Below, piece after piece: positions 36,585 to 45,051 of a stretch of 64,000 nucleotides of DNA. The DNA is from an uncultured Wolbachia sp. (GTDB lineage Bacteria; Pseudomonadota; Alphaproteobacteria; Rickettsiales; Anaplasmataceae), in assembly GCA_902636535.1 (NCBI GenBank), contig CACPSE010000001.1, forward strand, positions 2,375 to 66,374, in the 5' to 3' direction. The position numbers and the translations under genes were made by a program. Under the pieces are notes generated by a model. The model ran no database searches, was not told where the DNA came from, and worked only from the letters and a program-made list of their open reading frames with translations. Position 1 is the stretch's first letter; each line of letters opens with the position of its first letter.

Positions 36585-36843
36585 CAGTAGACTTCTTGCG
36601 TTACCTTCGTCATCCCAGTAGTTGATACTGCCCTCCTTTGTCATTCGAGTAGCTCCTTTCTCGTCATTCCAGTTCCCCTATGATGTCATTCCAGCGCCTC
36701 CTTCTCCTGTCATCCTAGCGCCTTGACTACTTGGATCCAGAAAACTTAACTTTACACCAGGTAATAAGAACTAGATCCCAGCGTCACGCGCTGGAATGAC
36801 AAAAAAGAGTGGGCTTTCATGTGGTTATGCAAGCAGTCTAGTG
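36585..36843. repeat. Composite palindromic repeat element (copy A)
   Basis: Structure read in the DNA:
- Five gtcat(c/t)cc-type modules lie on the left.
- A roughly 53-nt core (36734-36786) follows.
- An inverted 13-mer pair is present (gtcattccagcgc at 36686-36698, gcgctggaatgac at 36788-36800).
- Imperfect outer inverted repeats flank the element (cagtagacttcttgcgtta / ttatgcaagcagtctagtg).
- The core recurs at 42638-42689. Confidence 0.7.
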
Positions 36844-36878
36844 TAAATCCAAGTTTTATCTACCACTTGAATTTTTGA

Positions 36879-37808
36879 TCAAAAAGGAACAAGTTTAGTA
36901 AAAAATAATGATATTATTAGTGGAACATAAAACAGTCCCACTGCAGTACTGATTAAAAGCAACAGAGTAGCTTTATCTGGTTGATAATTCAAAATATTAG
37001 CAAGTATTATACTGGACCCAGAAATTGGAATAATAGCTAGCAACATCAGTGCTTTATATATGCTCTCATCGTATATACCTATAACATGCTTGTCTAAAAG
37101 GACGATTCCTAAAACAAACAGTGGCCAGAATACGTACTTTGCTGTAATAGTGATCAAAGCAAGCTTCCAATCTATTTTAAAGCTTGTAATATTCGCAATG
37201 CTCACTCCAAGTAGCACCATTCCTAATGTGACAAATGTACTTCTAATATTCATCATAACATCTGTTAAAAAAGTAGGTATTTGTATATCGTATATACTTA
37301 AAAAGAAGCCCAGAACCATCGCATAAAGCGAAGGAAGTTTGAACAACTTTAATATGCATTCTTTTGCGGTATAAATACCATTTGCGGCTATGTAAAATCC
37401 TAAGCTATTTTCAAACAACGCCATTCCTATATAACAAACAACATATTCAGATACTGAATCTTCATCAAATAAAGCCATGGCAATCGGCAGGCCAAAATAA
37501 CCCATACTTGTGCTGCCCGAGCTAAATGCTAATATGTTTCTCGTGTTATCCTTAAATAAAAAAGAAGAAAGATAATACACTGATAAGGACATAGTGCTAC
37601 CTATAAACCATATCAAAATCGGCAGAGAAATTACTTTTAAATTAACTTCTGTATGAGAGACTCCATATAAAATCACTATTGGATTAGCTATATAAAAGAG
37701 TATTTGAGATATAGTGTTTCTATCAATTTTAAGACATTTTCCTGCTAAATAACCAATAAATATTGTAATATAAATAGGTAATATTTTTAGAAAAAGAGTA
37801 AAGAACAT
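36879..37808 (-). CDS. AEC-family (auxin efflux carrier type) permease
   Basis: About ten TM segments. The N-terminus LKILPIYITIFIGYLAGK...ISQILFYIANPIVI is typical of AEC transporters. Confidence 0.7.
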   Translation of the reverse strand: MFFTLFLKILPIYITIFIGYLAGKCLKIDRNTISQILFYIANPIVILYGVSHTEVNLKVISLPILIWFIGSTMSLSVYYLSSFLFKDNTRNILAFSSGSTSMGYFGLPIAMALFDEDSVSEYVVCYIGMALFENSLGFYIAANGIYTAKECILKLFKLPSLYAMVLGFFLSIYDIQIPTFLTDVMMNIRSTFVTLGMVLLGVSIANITSFKIDWKLALITITAKYVFWPLFVLGIVLLDKHVIGIYDESIYKALMLLAIIPISGSSIILANILNYQPDKATLLLLISTAVGLFYVPLIISLFFTKLVPF

Positions 37809-38086
37809 ATTAGCCTATTGTGATGTTTTTGATTGATAAAATGACATTAGATCTTAGGATATTGTAAAAGTAAACAAAATTTATTTTCCAATTTATCCAA
37901 CTCATAGTTAATTAAAAAAGATTCACTTAGTGCCAAAATTTGTTTTTACATAGGACTTAAGAATGACATTTTTATGATAAAATTATGTTAAGTTTCTGTA
38001 AAGCTTCTTGCATATTTTTGAATAATGACATATTTACTAAAAATTAAACTGCTTGTAGCAATTTAGACGGACTGTTGAAAAAACAC

Positions 38087-38644
38087 TCATCTTGAGTGGT
38101 TCTCAGGAATTCTTGCCTTGATCATTAAGATTGTACCATTGCTTTCCCTAATTTTTTTAAATCCAACTTTTTCGTAAACACGGATTGCACGAACATTTGC
38201 TGTATCTGGGTCAACAAAAGCATTTTCAGAAACTTTAAAGACAAATTCGTTTAAAAATATATTCAAAGCTTGAGGACCAATGCCTTTGCCCACATAATCC
38301 AGCTCTCCGATATACCAGTCTATAGCAGCACAGCTTTCTGGAAGCTCAGAAGTATCGTAGCCCTGCTCAGGTGGAAAATCATGTTTGTTATAGTATTGAA
38401 TATAACCAATATCAACTCCGTCACAATTAATAATGAATGCATGCATTGGTTTTTCAATAATTTGTGTCTTAAGTTTTAAACGTTTGAATCCTTTGATATA
38501 ATTGCTATATTTTTTCTCAATTAACTCTGGTGTCCAATTTATATCCGCATCCCACCATAGCTTTACGTGAGGTGTTTCTAACCATTTTAATAACAGTAAA
38601 AAATGTTCTTCTTTCAACGCTTTAAATGTGATATTTTTATTCAT
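38087..38644 (-). CDS. GNAT acetyltransferase of the AAC(6')-Ib / Acetyltransf_8 type
   Basis: LLKWLETPHVKLWWD, GYIQYY, AIDWYIGELDYVGKGIGPQALNIFLNEFVF and DPDTANVRAIRVYEKVGF parallel the HEWLNRSHIVEWWGG, GYAQSY, GID...LGKGLGT and DPSPSNLRAIRCYEKAGF blocks of AAC(6')-Ib. Confidence 0.7.
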   Translation of the reverse strand: MNKNITFKALKEEHFLLLLKWLETPHVKLWWDADINWTPELIEKKYSNYIKGFKRLKLKTQIIEKPMHAFIINCDGVDIGYIQYYNKHDFPPEQGYDTSELPESCAAIDWYIGELDYVGKGIGPQALNIFLNEFVFKVSENAFVDPDTANVRAIRVYEKVGFKKIRESNGTILMIKARIPENHSR

Positions 38645-38660
38645 TAATTGAAAATCTCAA

Positions 38661-39824
38661 ATGTTACTACCATTTCTGTTAATCCTGTCTCTAATTGCCA
38701 AGTTCATTGAGATTGACATTTCTGTACCTAGTTTTCCTGATATGGTGCGCTATTTTAACGTATCAGAAGGAACAATTCAATTAACTATTGCTTATAATTT
38801 TTTAGGCTTTTGCATAGGAGGGTTGTTTTTTGGTCCATTGTCTGAATGCTATGGCAGAAGGAGAATTATGATCATAGGTAACACTTTGTTATTAATCGGC
38901 GCTGTTGGTTGTATTTTTGCACCGTCGATTTTTTGGCTTTTAATCTCTCGCTTTGTTCAGGGCATTGGTGTTAGCACATCTGTAGTTGTGTTTGCAATCG
39001 TTGCAGACAGCTACAAAGGCGACGAAGCGGTGAAATTTATTGGAATCATGAATTCTGTTCTTACAGTTGTCATGGCAATTGCGCCAGTGTTAGGCAGTTT
39101 CATCAATGAAATTGTAGGATGGCGTGGTAATTATGCAACTGTTGCAATACTTTGTTTGATCTCTTGGGTTTTGCTGCTTTTAGCATTACCAGAAACAAAA
39201 AAGGACCGCGATATTTTCAGTTTGAAAAAAATGATGAAAGATTACAGAAAACTACTATCTAGTCCGAGGTTTGTTACGTTGTCTTTGATGTCAAGCCTCT
39301 TTTCTGCTGCGTATATGTCATTCATTACTTGTGGACCTTTTCTGTATATGAAGACTTTTGGTTTATCTAGCACTATTTATGCACTACATCAAGGTGCAAT
39401 AGTTGGGTGCTTCTCACTCATCAGTCTATTTGCTGGCAAAATCTTGCAGAAACTTGGAGCAATAAAGTGTGTAATTTCTGGTACGAGCGTGGTTGCTATT
39501 GGGTCTCTATTGCTTGTAATATTCAGTATAATTGTACCCCACTCTTTCTACTTAGTAACACTGTCTATGATTATTTTTTCTATCGGTTGTGCAACTTTCC
39601 AGCCAGTGATTTTTAATGCATCAATAAATGTTTTCCCTGAAATTAAAGGCACAGCTTCTTCTGCAGTTTCATTTATTAGAGCTTTTATCATGGCTATTTT
39701 TATCGGCTTAACAAGCTACGTTTACAATGGTCAGGCAATCAGTGTAGCTGTTCTTGTTTTATCCGCGATAGTACTAGAACTTGTTTTTACTGTCTATCTA
39801 TTGCGTTTAAAAGATCCTATGTAA
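38661..39824 (+). CDS. MFS transporter, Bcr/CflA drug-efflux subfamily-like
   Basis: Twelve-TM profile. GPLSECYGRRRIMI matches MFS motif A (G..sD..GRR). The overall layout resembles Bcr/CflA. Confidence 0.8.
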   Translation: MLLPFLLILSLIAKFIEIDISVPSFPDMVRYFNVSEGTIQLTIAYNFLGFCIGGLFFGPLSECYGRRRIMIIGNTLLLIGAVGCIFAPSIFWLLISRFVQGIGVSTSVVVFAIVADSYKGDEAVKFIGIMNSVLTVVMAIAPVLGSFINEIVGWRGNYATVAILCLISWVLLLLALPETKKDRDIFSLKKMMKDYRKLLSSPRFVTLSLMSSLFSAAYMSFITCGPFLYMKTFGLSSTIYALHQGAIVGCFSLISLFAGKILQKLGAIKCVISGTSVVAIGSLLLVIFSIIVPHSFYLVTLSMIIFSIGCATFQPVIFNASINVFPEIKGTASSAVSFIRAFIMAIFIGLTSYVYNGQAISVAVLVLSAIVLELVFTVYLLRLKDPM

Positions 39825-39851
39825 TTAATAAAGATATTCCATTGTAGGCTG

Positions 39852-40931
39852 CTAACTTTCCCCGGCCAATCTTTCTGCTTCATTACGTGAGATTAGTGCC
39901 TCAATAAATTCATCTAGTTCACCTTCTTTTATAATCTGCTCTAGCCGATGTGAAGTTAGATTAATTCTGTGGTCTGTTATTCTTGATTGTGGAAAATTAT
40001 ATGTTCTTATGCGCTCGGAACGATCACCAGAGCCAATCTGACTTTTCCTCATTGTTGACCTTTCCATTTCTTTTTTTTGTCTTTCAATTTCGTATAGCCT
40101 TGCCCTCAATACTTTGAGCGCTTTAGCTTTATTTTTGTGCTGCGATTTTTCATCTTGCTGTATCACAACTATCCCTGTTGGCAAGTGGGTGAACCTTACT
40201 GCGCTGTCAGTTGTATTCACTGATTTCCCTCCAGGACCACTGGATCTATAAACATCTATTCGTAAGTCTTTTTCTTCTATTTTAAAGTCAACTTCTTCTA
40301 CTTCAGGTAATATCGCAACAGTAGCGGCAGAGGTATGCAACCTTCCTGAGGATTCAGTTTCTGGCACTCTCTGTACTCTGTGCACCCCTGATTCAAATTT
40401 CAACCTTGCAAAAACTTCTGTTCCATTAATGAGTGCAGAAGCTTCCTTATAGCCACCTATACCTGTATTAGAAATGCTTATTGGCTCGAACTTCCAATTT
40501 CTTCTTTCTGCATATTTTTGATACATACGAAATAACATTGCTGCAAATAATGCTGCTTCTTCTCCGCCTGTGCCTGCTCTAATTTCTAATATTGCATTTC
40601 TTGAGTCATCTTCATCTTTGGGCAATAATGCTAACTTTAATTTTGCTTTTATTTTTGGTAATAATCCCTTGTGCTTTTCGAAAAATTCTTCTTTTGCTAA
40701 CTCTTTTATATCACCTTCGCTGTTTTCATCTTTCATTATTTCTTCTAAGTCTGAAATTTCCTCTTTCAGCGTGTTATATTCATCAATTATCTTGATTATT
40801 GGCCTGAGCTCAGAGTATTCCTTTGAAAGGGTAATGAATTCTTTTTGACTTAAATTGGTAGGATTTTCCAAATTCCTCTCTATATCATTAAATTTTTTCT
40901 TTAAGTCTTGTAAATTATTTTCCATATCCAT
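39852..40931 (-). CDS. prfA: Peptide chain release factor 1 (GGQ motif reads GGK)
   Basis: [26 protein letters not shown] and [32 protein letters not shown]...[12 protein letters not shown]. Everything is canonical RF1 except K236 in the position of the catalytic Gln. Confidence 0.9.
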   Translation of the reverse strand: MDMENNLQDLKKKFNDIERNLENPTNLSQKEFITLSKEYSELRPIIKIIDEYNTLKEEISDLEEIMKDENSEGDIKELAKEEFFEKHKGLLPKIKAKLKLALLPKDEDDSRNAILEIRAGTGGEEAALFAAMLFRMYQKYAERRNWKFEPISISNTGIGGYKEASALINGTEVFARLKFESGVHRVQRVPETESSGRLHTSAATVAILPEVEEVDFKIEEKDLRIDVYRSSGPGGKSVNTTDSAVRFTHLPTGIVVIQQDEKSQHKNKAKALKVLRARLYEIERQKKEMERSTMRKSQIGSGDRSERIRTYNFPQSRITDHRINLTSHRLEQIIKEGELDEFIEALISRNEAERLAGES

Positions 40932-41020
40932 ATAGCACAGATCTAGCTAAGTAATATATACTGAAATAAAAAATTTCTTATATCAAGCAATAACACTATA
41001 ATATACCTACTACCTTCTAG

Positions 41021-41623
41021 TTGAATATAATGGCAAAACAGATAACATCAAACTGCAATTTCATATTTGGAGCTTCGAACATAAAATCATTACCAAATGA
41101 GTCGGCTCCAGAGATTGCGTTTGCTGGTAGATCAAATGTAGGAAAATCCAGTCTGATCAACTTACTGATAAACAGCAAAAAAGCTGCCAGAGTTTCCTCT
41201 AAACCTGGATGCACTAGACAAATAAATTTTTACTCTATGTACGATGATAAGTTCAGACTTGTTGATCTACCAGGGTATGGCTACTCTCATGCAGGCAAGG
41301 AGGAAATTATACAATATTTAAACTTAATTGAGTATTATCTAATTCAAAGAGAAAATCTAAGAAGAGTGTTTGTGTTGATAGATAGCAAGGAAGGATTAAA
41401 AGAAATAGACAAAGACTTCATTTATTGGTTAATATATAATAACATTAACTTTAACATTGTGCTAACAAAAATAGATAAAGTAAGTCAAAAAAGCTTAGGT
41501 GCTGTTATAGAAGATATTCAAAAATGGATTAATAATGAGAATGTGTCAATTCATCAAATGAGCATCCGTGTTAAGCATAAAATAACCAAGGTAAGAGATG
41601 AGTTTTTCAAGTTTACAAGATAA
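41021..41623 (+). CDS. engB: Ribosome biogenesis GTP-binding protein YihA/EngB
   Basis: EIAFAGRSNVGKSSLIN (G1), DLPGYG (G3) and TKIDK (G4). Confidence 0.85.
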   Translation: MNIMAKQITSNCNFIFGASNIKSLPNESAPEIAFAGRSNVGKSSLINLLINSKKAARVSSKPGCTRQINFYSMYDDKFRLVDLPGYGYSHAGKEEIIQYLNLIEYYLIQRENLRRVFVLIDSKEGLKEIDKDFIYWLIYNNINFNIVLTKIDKVSQKSLGAVIEDIQKWINNENVSIHQMSIRVKHKITKVRDEFFKFTR

Positions 41624-42539
41624 AAAAATGAAGAGTAGTGAATTTTTAAAGGGTGAGGTATCATTTGAACAAAAAGCAGAAATATTACTTGAAGTGCTAT
41701 CTAACATACCTAGCTTTGTAGGCGAGACTTTTGTCATTAAATGCGGTGGTACAATAATCTTAGATGAAACACTATTTAATACTTTTGTGCATAATGTTGT
41801 CTTGTTGAAGCAGCTTGGTATAAATCCGGTAATAATTCATGACGGACAATATGAAATTAACTCAGTGTTAAAAATGCTGGATATGAACAGTAAGTTTGTG
41901 AATGGTATCAGACTTACAGACAAAGACACTATGAAAATCATTGAAATGGCACTGTGTGGTTCAGTTAATAAAAAAATTGTTCAGTATATAAATTCTGCTG
42001 GTGGTTCAGCTATTGGATTATGTGGAAAAGATGGTAACTTAATTAAAGCCGAAAAAATAACCGCTACGCTTAGAGAAGATAGATCAAATAATATCGAAAA
42101 GATATTAGACATGGGGTTCATCGGTAGACCCACTGAAATCAATCCTGATATATTATTTTTTATTGAAGAATCAGATTTTATACCAGTTATTGCACCAATT
42201 GGTCATGGAAAAGATGGGGAAACATATCATATCGATGCCGATAGCACTGCAAGCGCAATTGCAATTGCAGGTTCTGCATCTAAAATGATAATCTTGAGTG
42301 ACACAGATGAAGAAATAGATAAAATTGGTAGCAGGAAGATATCTGTTAAAAATTTAAATGCATCGATTGATTGTGGGAAAATTAAAGGGGAAAAATTTAT
42401 TGAAAGGCTTATGGCATACGTTAAAATGACGGAGGAATGTGCTGGAGTTGTTCACATAGTTGATGGTAGAATACCTAACATTATGCTTGATTTATTTACT
42501 GAAAATAATTCAAGCATATCGATTGTGAGTGATTTATAG
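41598..42539 (+). CDS. argB: Acetylglutamate kinase (the ATG at 41628, just after the engB stop, is the more likely start)
   Basis: FVIKCGGT, PVIIHDGQ, FVNGIRLTDKDTMKIIEMALCGSVNKKIV and GLCGKDGNLI follow the amino-acid-kinase / NAGK pattern. Confidence 0.75.
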   Translation: MSFSSLQDKKMKSSEFLKGEVSFEQKAEILLEVLSNIPSFVGETFVIKCGGTIILDETLFNTFVHNVVLLKQLGINPVIIHDGQYEINSVLKMLDMNSKFVNGIRLTDKDTMKIIEMALCGSVNKKIVQYINSAGGSAIGLCGKDGNLIKAEKITATLREDRSNNIEKILDMGFIGRPTEINPDILFFIEESDFIPVIAPIGHGKDGETYHIDADSTASAIAIAGSASKMIILSDTDEEIDKIGSRKISVKNLNASIDCGKIKGEKFIERLMAYVKMTEECAGVVHIVDGRIPNIMLDLFTENNSSISIVSDL

Positions 42540-42544
42540 CTATA

Positions 42545-42765
42545 CTGCTTACAACTGTACGAATAGCAAGAGGGTGTCATCCAAGTAGCTGACACTGGTT
42601 TACTTTATGATGATGTCATGAAAGTAGTTGACACTGAGATCCAGAAGACTTAATTTCAACCAAATAATAAAGGCTAGATCCCAGTGTCAGCTACTTGGAT
42701 GACAAAAAAAGGAGCACTGGAATGACAAGAGGAGGGGACTTGGATGACAGGAGGCAATGCAACCT
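42545..42765. repeat. Composite palindromic repeat element (copy B)
   Basis: A perfect 23-bp inverted repeat (gtcatccaagtagctgacactgg at 42576-42598, ccagtgtcagctacttggatgac at 42681-42703) encloses the core at 42638-42689, which is shared with copy A. Additional ggaatgac/ggatgac modules lie to the right. Confidence 0.7.
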
Positions 42766-42767
42766 TA

Positions 42768-43982
42768 TTAAAGACTTAATTTCAACCCAGCCAAGAGCAC
42801 GTAACCGGAGTTGTTATTTTCTATTTTAGGCTCTTTTGTACTAAATTTTACAATATCGAAATAGTATGAAGTGCCCATAAAAAATGAATATTCAAGACTT
42901 AAAGCATATGATGTTAACTCGTTTGTACCTCTGCCTGCAATATTCCTGCCACTACTAAAATATGTTAAGCTCGATTTGTAAGAATCAGAATGGTAAGCGA
43001 TACCTGCATTCATATAATACGTATTATTTATTTCAGGATTACGCCTCTCACCAGATTCACCACCATTACCATACGAAAAAATGCAATCAAGATCGAACAA
43101 TTTTAGCTTCAAACCAAAATTCCAGTGCAGTAATTGATTGCGACATTCATAATTTTTAGAAGTTCCACCTGAGCAATTAGTTAAATTTTCTCTTGCAAAT
43201 TCACCAGTTAAGGCAGTAGTAAAACCTATATCATCTGACAAGCTGTTTTTATAGGAAAGGCCAGCAGCAATTAAATTGCTGTACTGTAAGTTATTTTTTC
43301 CTGGAACATAACTGAATCCGAGTTGAAAGTTATAGATTTCAGGGGAGATGTAGTTAATTGATGATTGTTTTAACCCTAGTTCGAGTTCATTATAATCGCT
43401 ATAAATATTGGGCTTGACCCAGAACACCTTGTCTTGATCATATCCAGGGTCACCATCTTTTTTATGATCACCGCGCAAATTTGCATAGTTTGTCCAATGA
43501 CCATTTACTCCTCCAGCAGCTGCATAAATTTTTGAAGTGTTAATTAACATGCTCTGACTAACTAAACTTCTTTTACCATATTCAATTGATCCAAGTCCCT
43601 GATTTTTAATGATGAAATACCCTTCCTCCATGTCTAACTTTTCTCTGTCTAACGCTTTTAGGTTTTCAATACCAGAAACTCCTACCTTAACATTAAACCC
43701 CATTTGAGTACTTGGATAAACTTGCTGTAGATAAAGAAAGCGCAAGTATGAATAACTTGAAGTTTTATCCTTAGCCTTAGCATTGAAAGAATCTCTGTTG
43801 AAGGCGTAGCCGAATCTCAAATCTATTTTTCCGTCTAGTTCTACATAAAGTATTTCCTTATCCAGAATTGTTCTAGAGCTAGCACTATTCTGTGAAAATA
43901 ATAACGAAAGAAGTGCTACCAGGTAGTATCTTAACTTCATAAATAAACTTAAATTTTTGTAAAAATTTAAGTTTAAACTCAA
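42768..43982 (-). CDS. Putative outer-membrane beta-barrel protein (porin-like); the start is probably the internal MKLRYY...
   Basis: Signal-peptide-like MKLRYYLVALLSLLFSQNSASS, followed by alternating aromatic/Gly-rich beta-strand-like segments (GFSYVPG, GLSYKNS, LEYSFF, YVLLAGLKLSL). No catalytic motif. Confidence 0.4.
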   Translation of the reverse strand: MSLNLNFYKNLSLFMKLRYYLVALLSLLFSQNSASSRTILDKEILYVELDGKIDLRFGYAFNRDSFNAKAKDKTSSYSYLRFLYLQQVYPSTQMGFNVKVGVSGIENLKALDREKLDMEEGYFIIKNQGLGSIEYGKRSLVSQSMLINTSKIYAAAGGVNGHWTNYANLRGDHKKDGDPGYDQDKVFWVKPNIYSDYNELELGLKQSSINYISPEIYNFQLGFSYVPGKNNLQYSNLIAAGLSYKNSLSDDIGFTTALTGEFARENLTNCSGGTSKNYECRNQLLHWNFGLKLKLFDLDCIFSYGNGGESGERRNPEINNTYYMNAGIAYHSDSYKSSLTYFSSGRNIAGRGTNELTSYALSLEYSFFMGTSYYFDIVKFSTKEPKIENNNSGYVLLAGLKLSL

Positions 43983-44002
43983 TATAGATAAAAAACAACT
44001 TT

Positions 44003-44818
44003 TCAGATGGCGCCACTGGTAGATTTTGCTGCCCGTTTTTGAGCTATATCTCCATAAATTATTGATACACTTGGTAATTTTCGCTTTAATAACTGCTTAT
44101 TAATGGCAGAATGTATACGATTAATTATTTTAGATGTACTTTTTACATCGCAGTTAATCAAAACAAAAAGTACTTTATTCTCATCAATATACCCTAGAAA
44201 ATCATCACTACGGCAATTTTTATAAAAATGTTCTATGATAACTTTCAGTGCATTATTTGTCTCACTACAGCTACTATTTAAGCCAATCACTCCTATAGCT
44301 GCATTAATTTGATGTTGAAAGGCAAAATTTAATATAACGTATAACTCTAGAATAGTGGACTCATTGCCCGGTATATCGAATAAGTCATGGTTTTTATATT
44401 TTTTACCCATTAGATATTTATCTCTAAAGATTCCTAGTTTATGGGACAAACTGATATCACGTATTAATAGCTCATAATTTATTTTATTACTGGCAAATTG
44501 TGCAGTGCGGAAAACTTTTACTTTTGTCCTGATATCTTCTCCTTTAGCATCAGTTAAGGAAAAATCTATCACTTTAGGTAATATATCAAGTAAATCGTGC
44601 CCATTTTCGGTATACTCTAAATAATTCTTCATGTCGTCAGCTGCTCTTGCACTTAAAATATTGATTAACGGCTTATTAAGTAAATTCCCTTCCTCGTATT
44701 TTAACAAATTCCTTGCGGCTTGATTGAGCCCTAAAATTAACACGTTTTTTTTCTTATTATCCTGACAAACAGATACCACAGCATCATCTTTTCTTCTTGC
44801 AGTTATGAAATCATCCAT
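44003..44818 (-). CDS. Hypothetical signalling-type protein: PAS-like N-terminal half and degenerate GGDEF-like C-terminal half
   Basis: LILGLNQAARNLLKYEEGNLLNKPLINIL is PAS-like. RSDDFLGYIDENKVLFVLINCD...INRIHSAI aligns by eye with R.sDlvaRyGGEEFavLLp....A..iaErIR, but the GG(D/E)EF site is replaced. Confidence 0.4.
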   Translation of the reverse strand: MDDFITARRKDDAVVSVCQDNKKKNVLILGLNQAARNLLKYEEGNLLNKPLINILSARAADDMKNYLEYTENGHDLLDILPKVIDFSLTDAKGEDIRTKVKVFRTAQFASNKINYELLIRDISLSHKLGIFRDKYLMGKKYKNHDLFDIPGNESTILELYVILNFAFQHQINAAIGVIGLNSSCSETNNALKVIIEHFYKNCRSDDFLGYIDENKVLFVLINCDVKSTSKIINRIHSAINKQLLKRKLPSVSIIYGDIAQKRAAKSTSGAI

Positions 44819-45051
44819 ACTTTCATTCTATACAGCGTATTTATAAGTATAATAAGATTATATTAAGATTTACTTACTTATTAATATGCTTAATTGGGTA
44901 TAGGCAAAATGTCATATGGGATGGCTTTGTTGTAGAAGAATCAAGATTACTGTTTATAGACTTCAAGTTACTGCAAAAAATATTTTAAAACATAGTGATA
45001 TCTTGACTTTACCTAGTTAATATTCCAAATTATAAAAAAACAGATAGTTCT

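Noticed and set aside
36608-36725. Five gtcatYcc modules at about 20-30 nt spacing, considered as a mini CRISPR-like array
   Set aside because: The modules are too short and irregularly spaced. Inverted copies occur on the other side of a conserved core, and the same architecture recurs at 42545-42765. This fits a palindromic/MITE-like repeat family, not CRISPR.
40340-40400. RF1 stop-codon recognition tripeptide reads PET rather than PAT/PVT
   Set aside because: The middle residue of the PxT motif is variable among RF1 sequences as far as I recall. Without an alignment I cannot call it anomalous, so only the GGQ-to-GGK change is reported as a finding.
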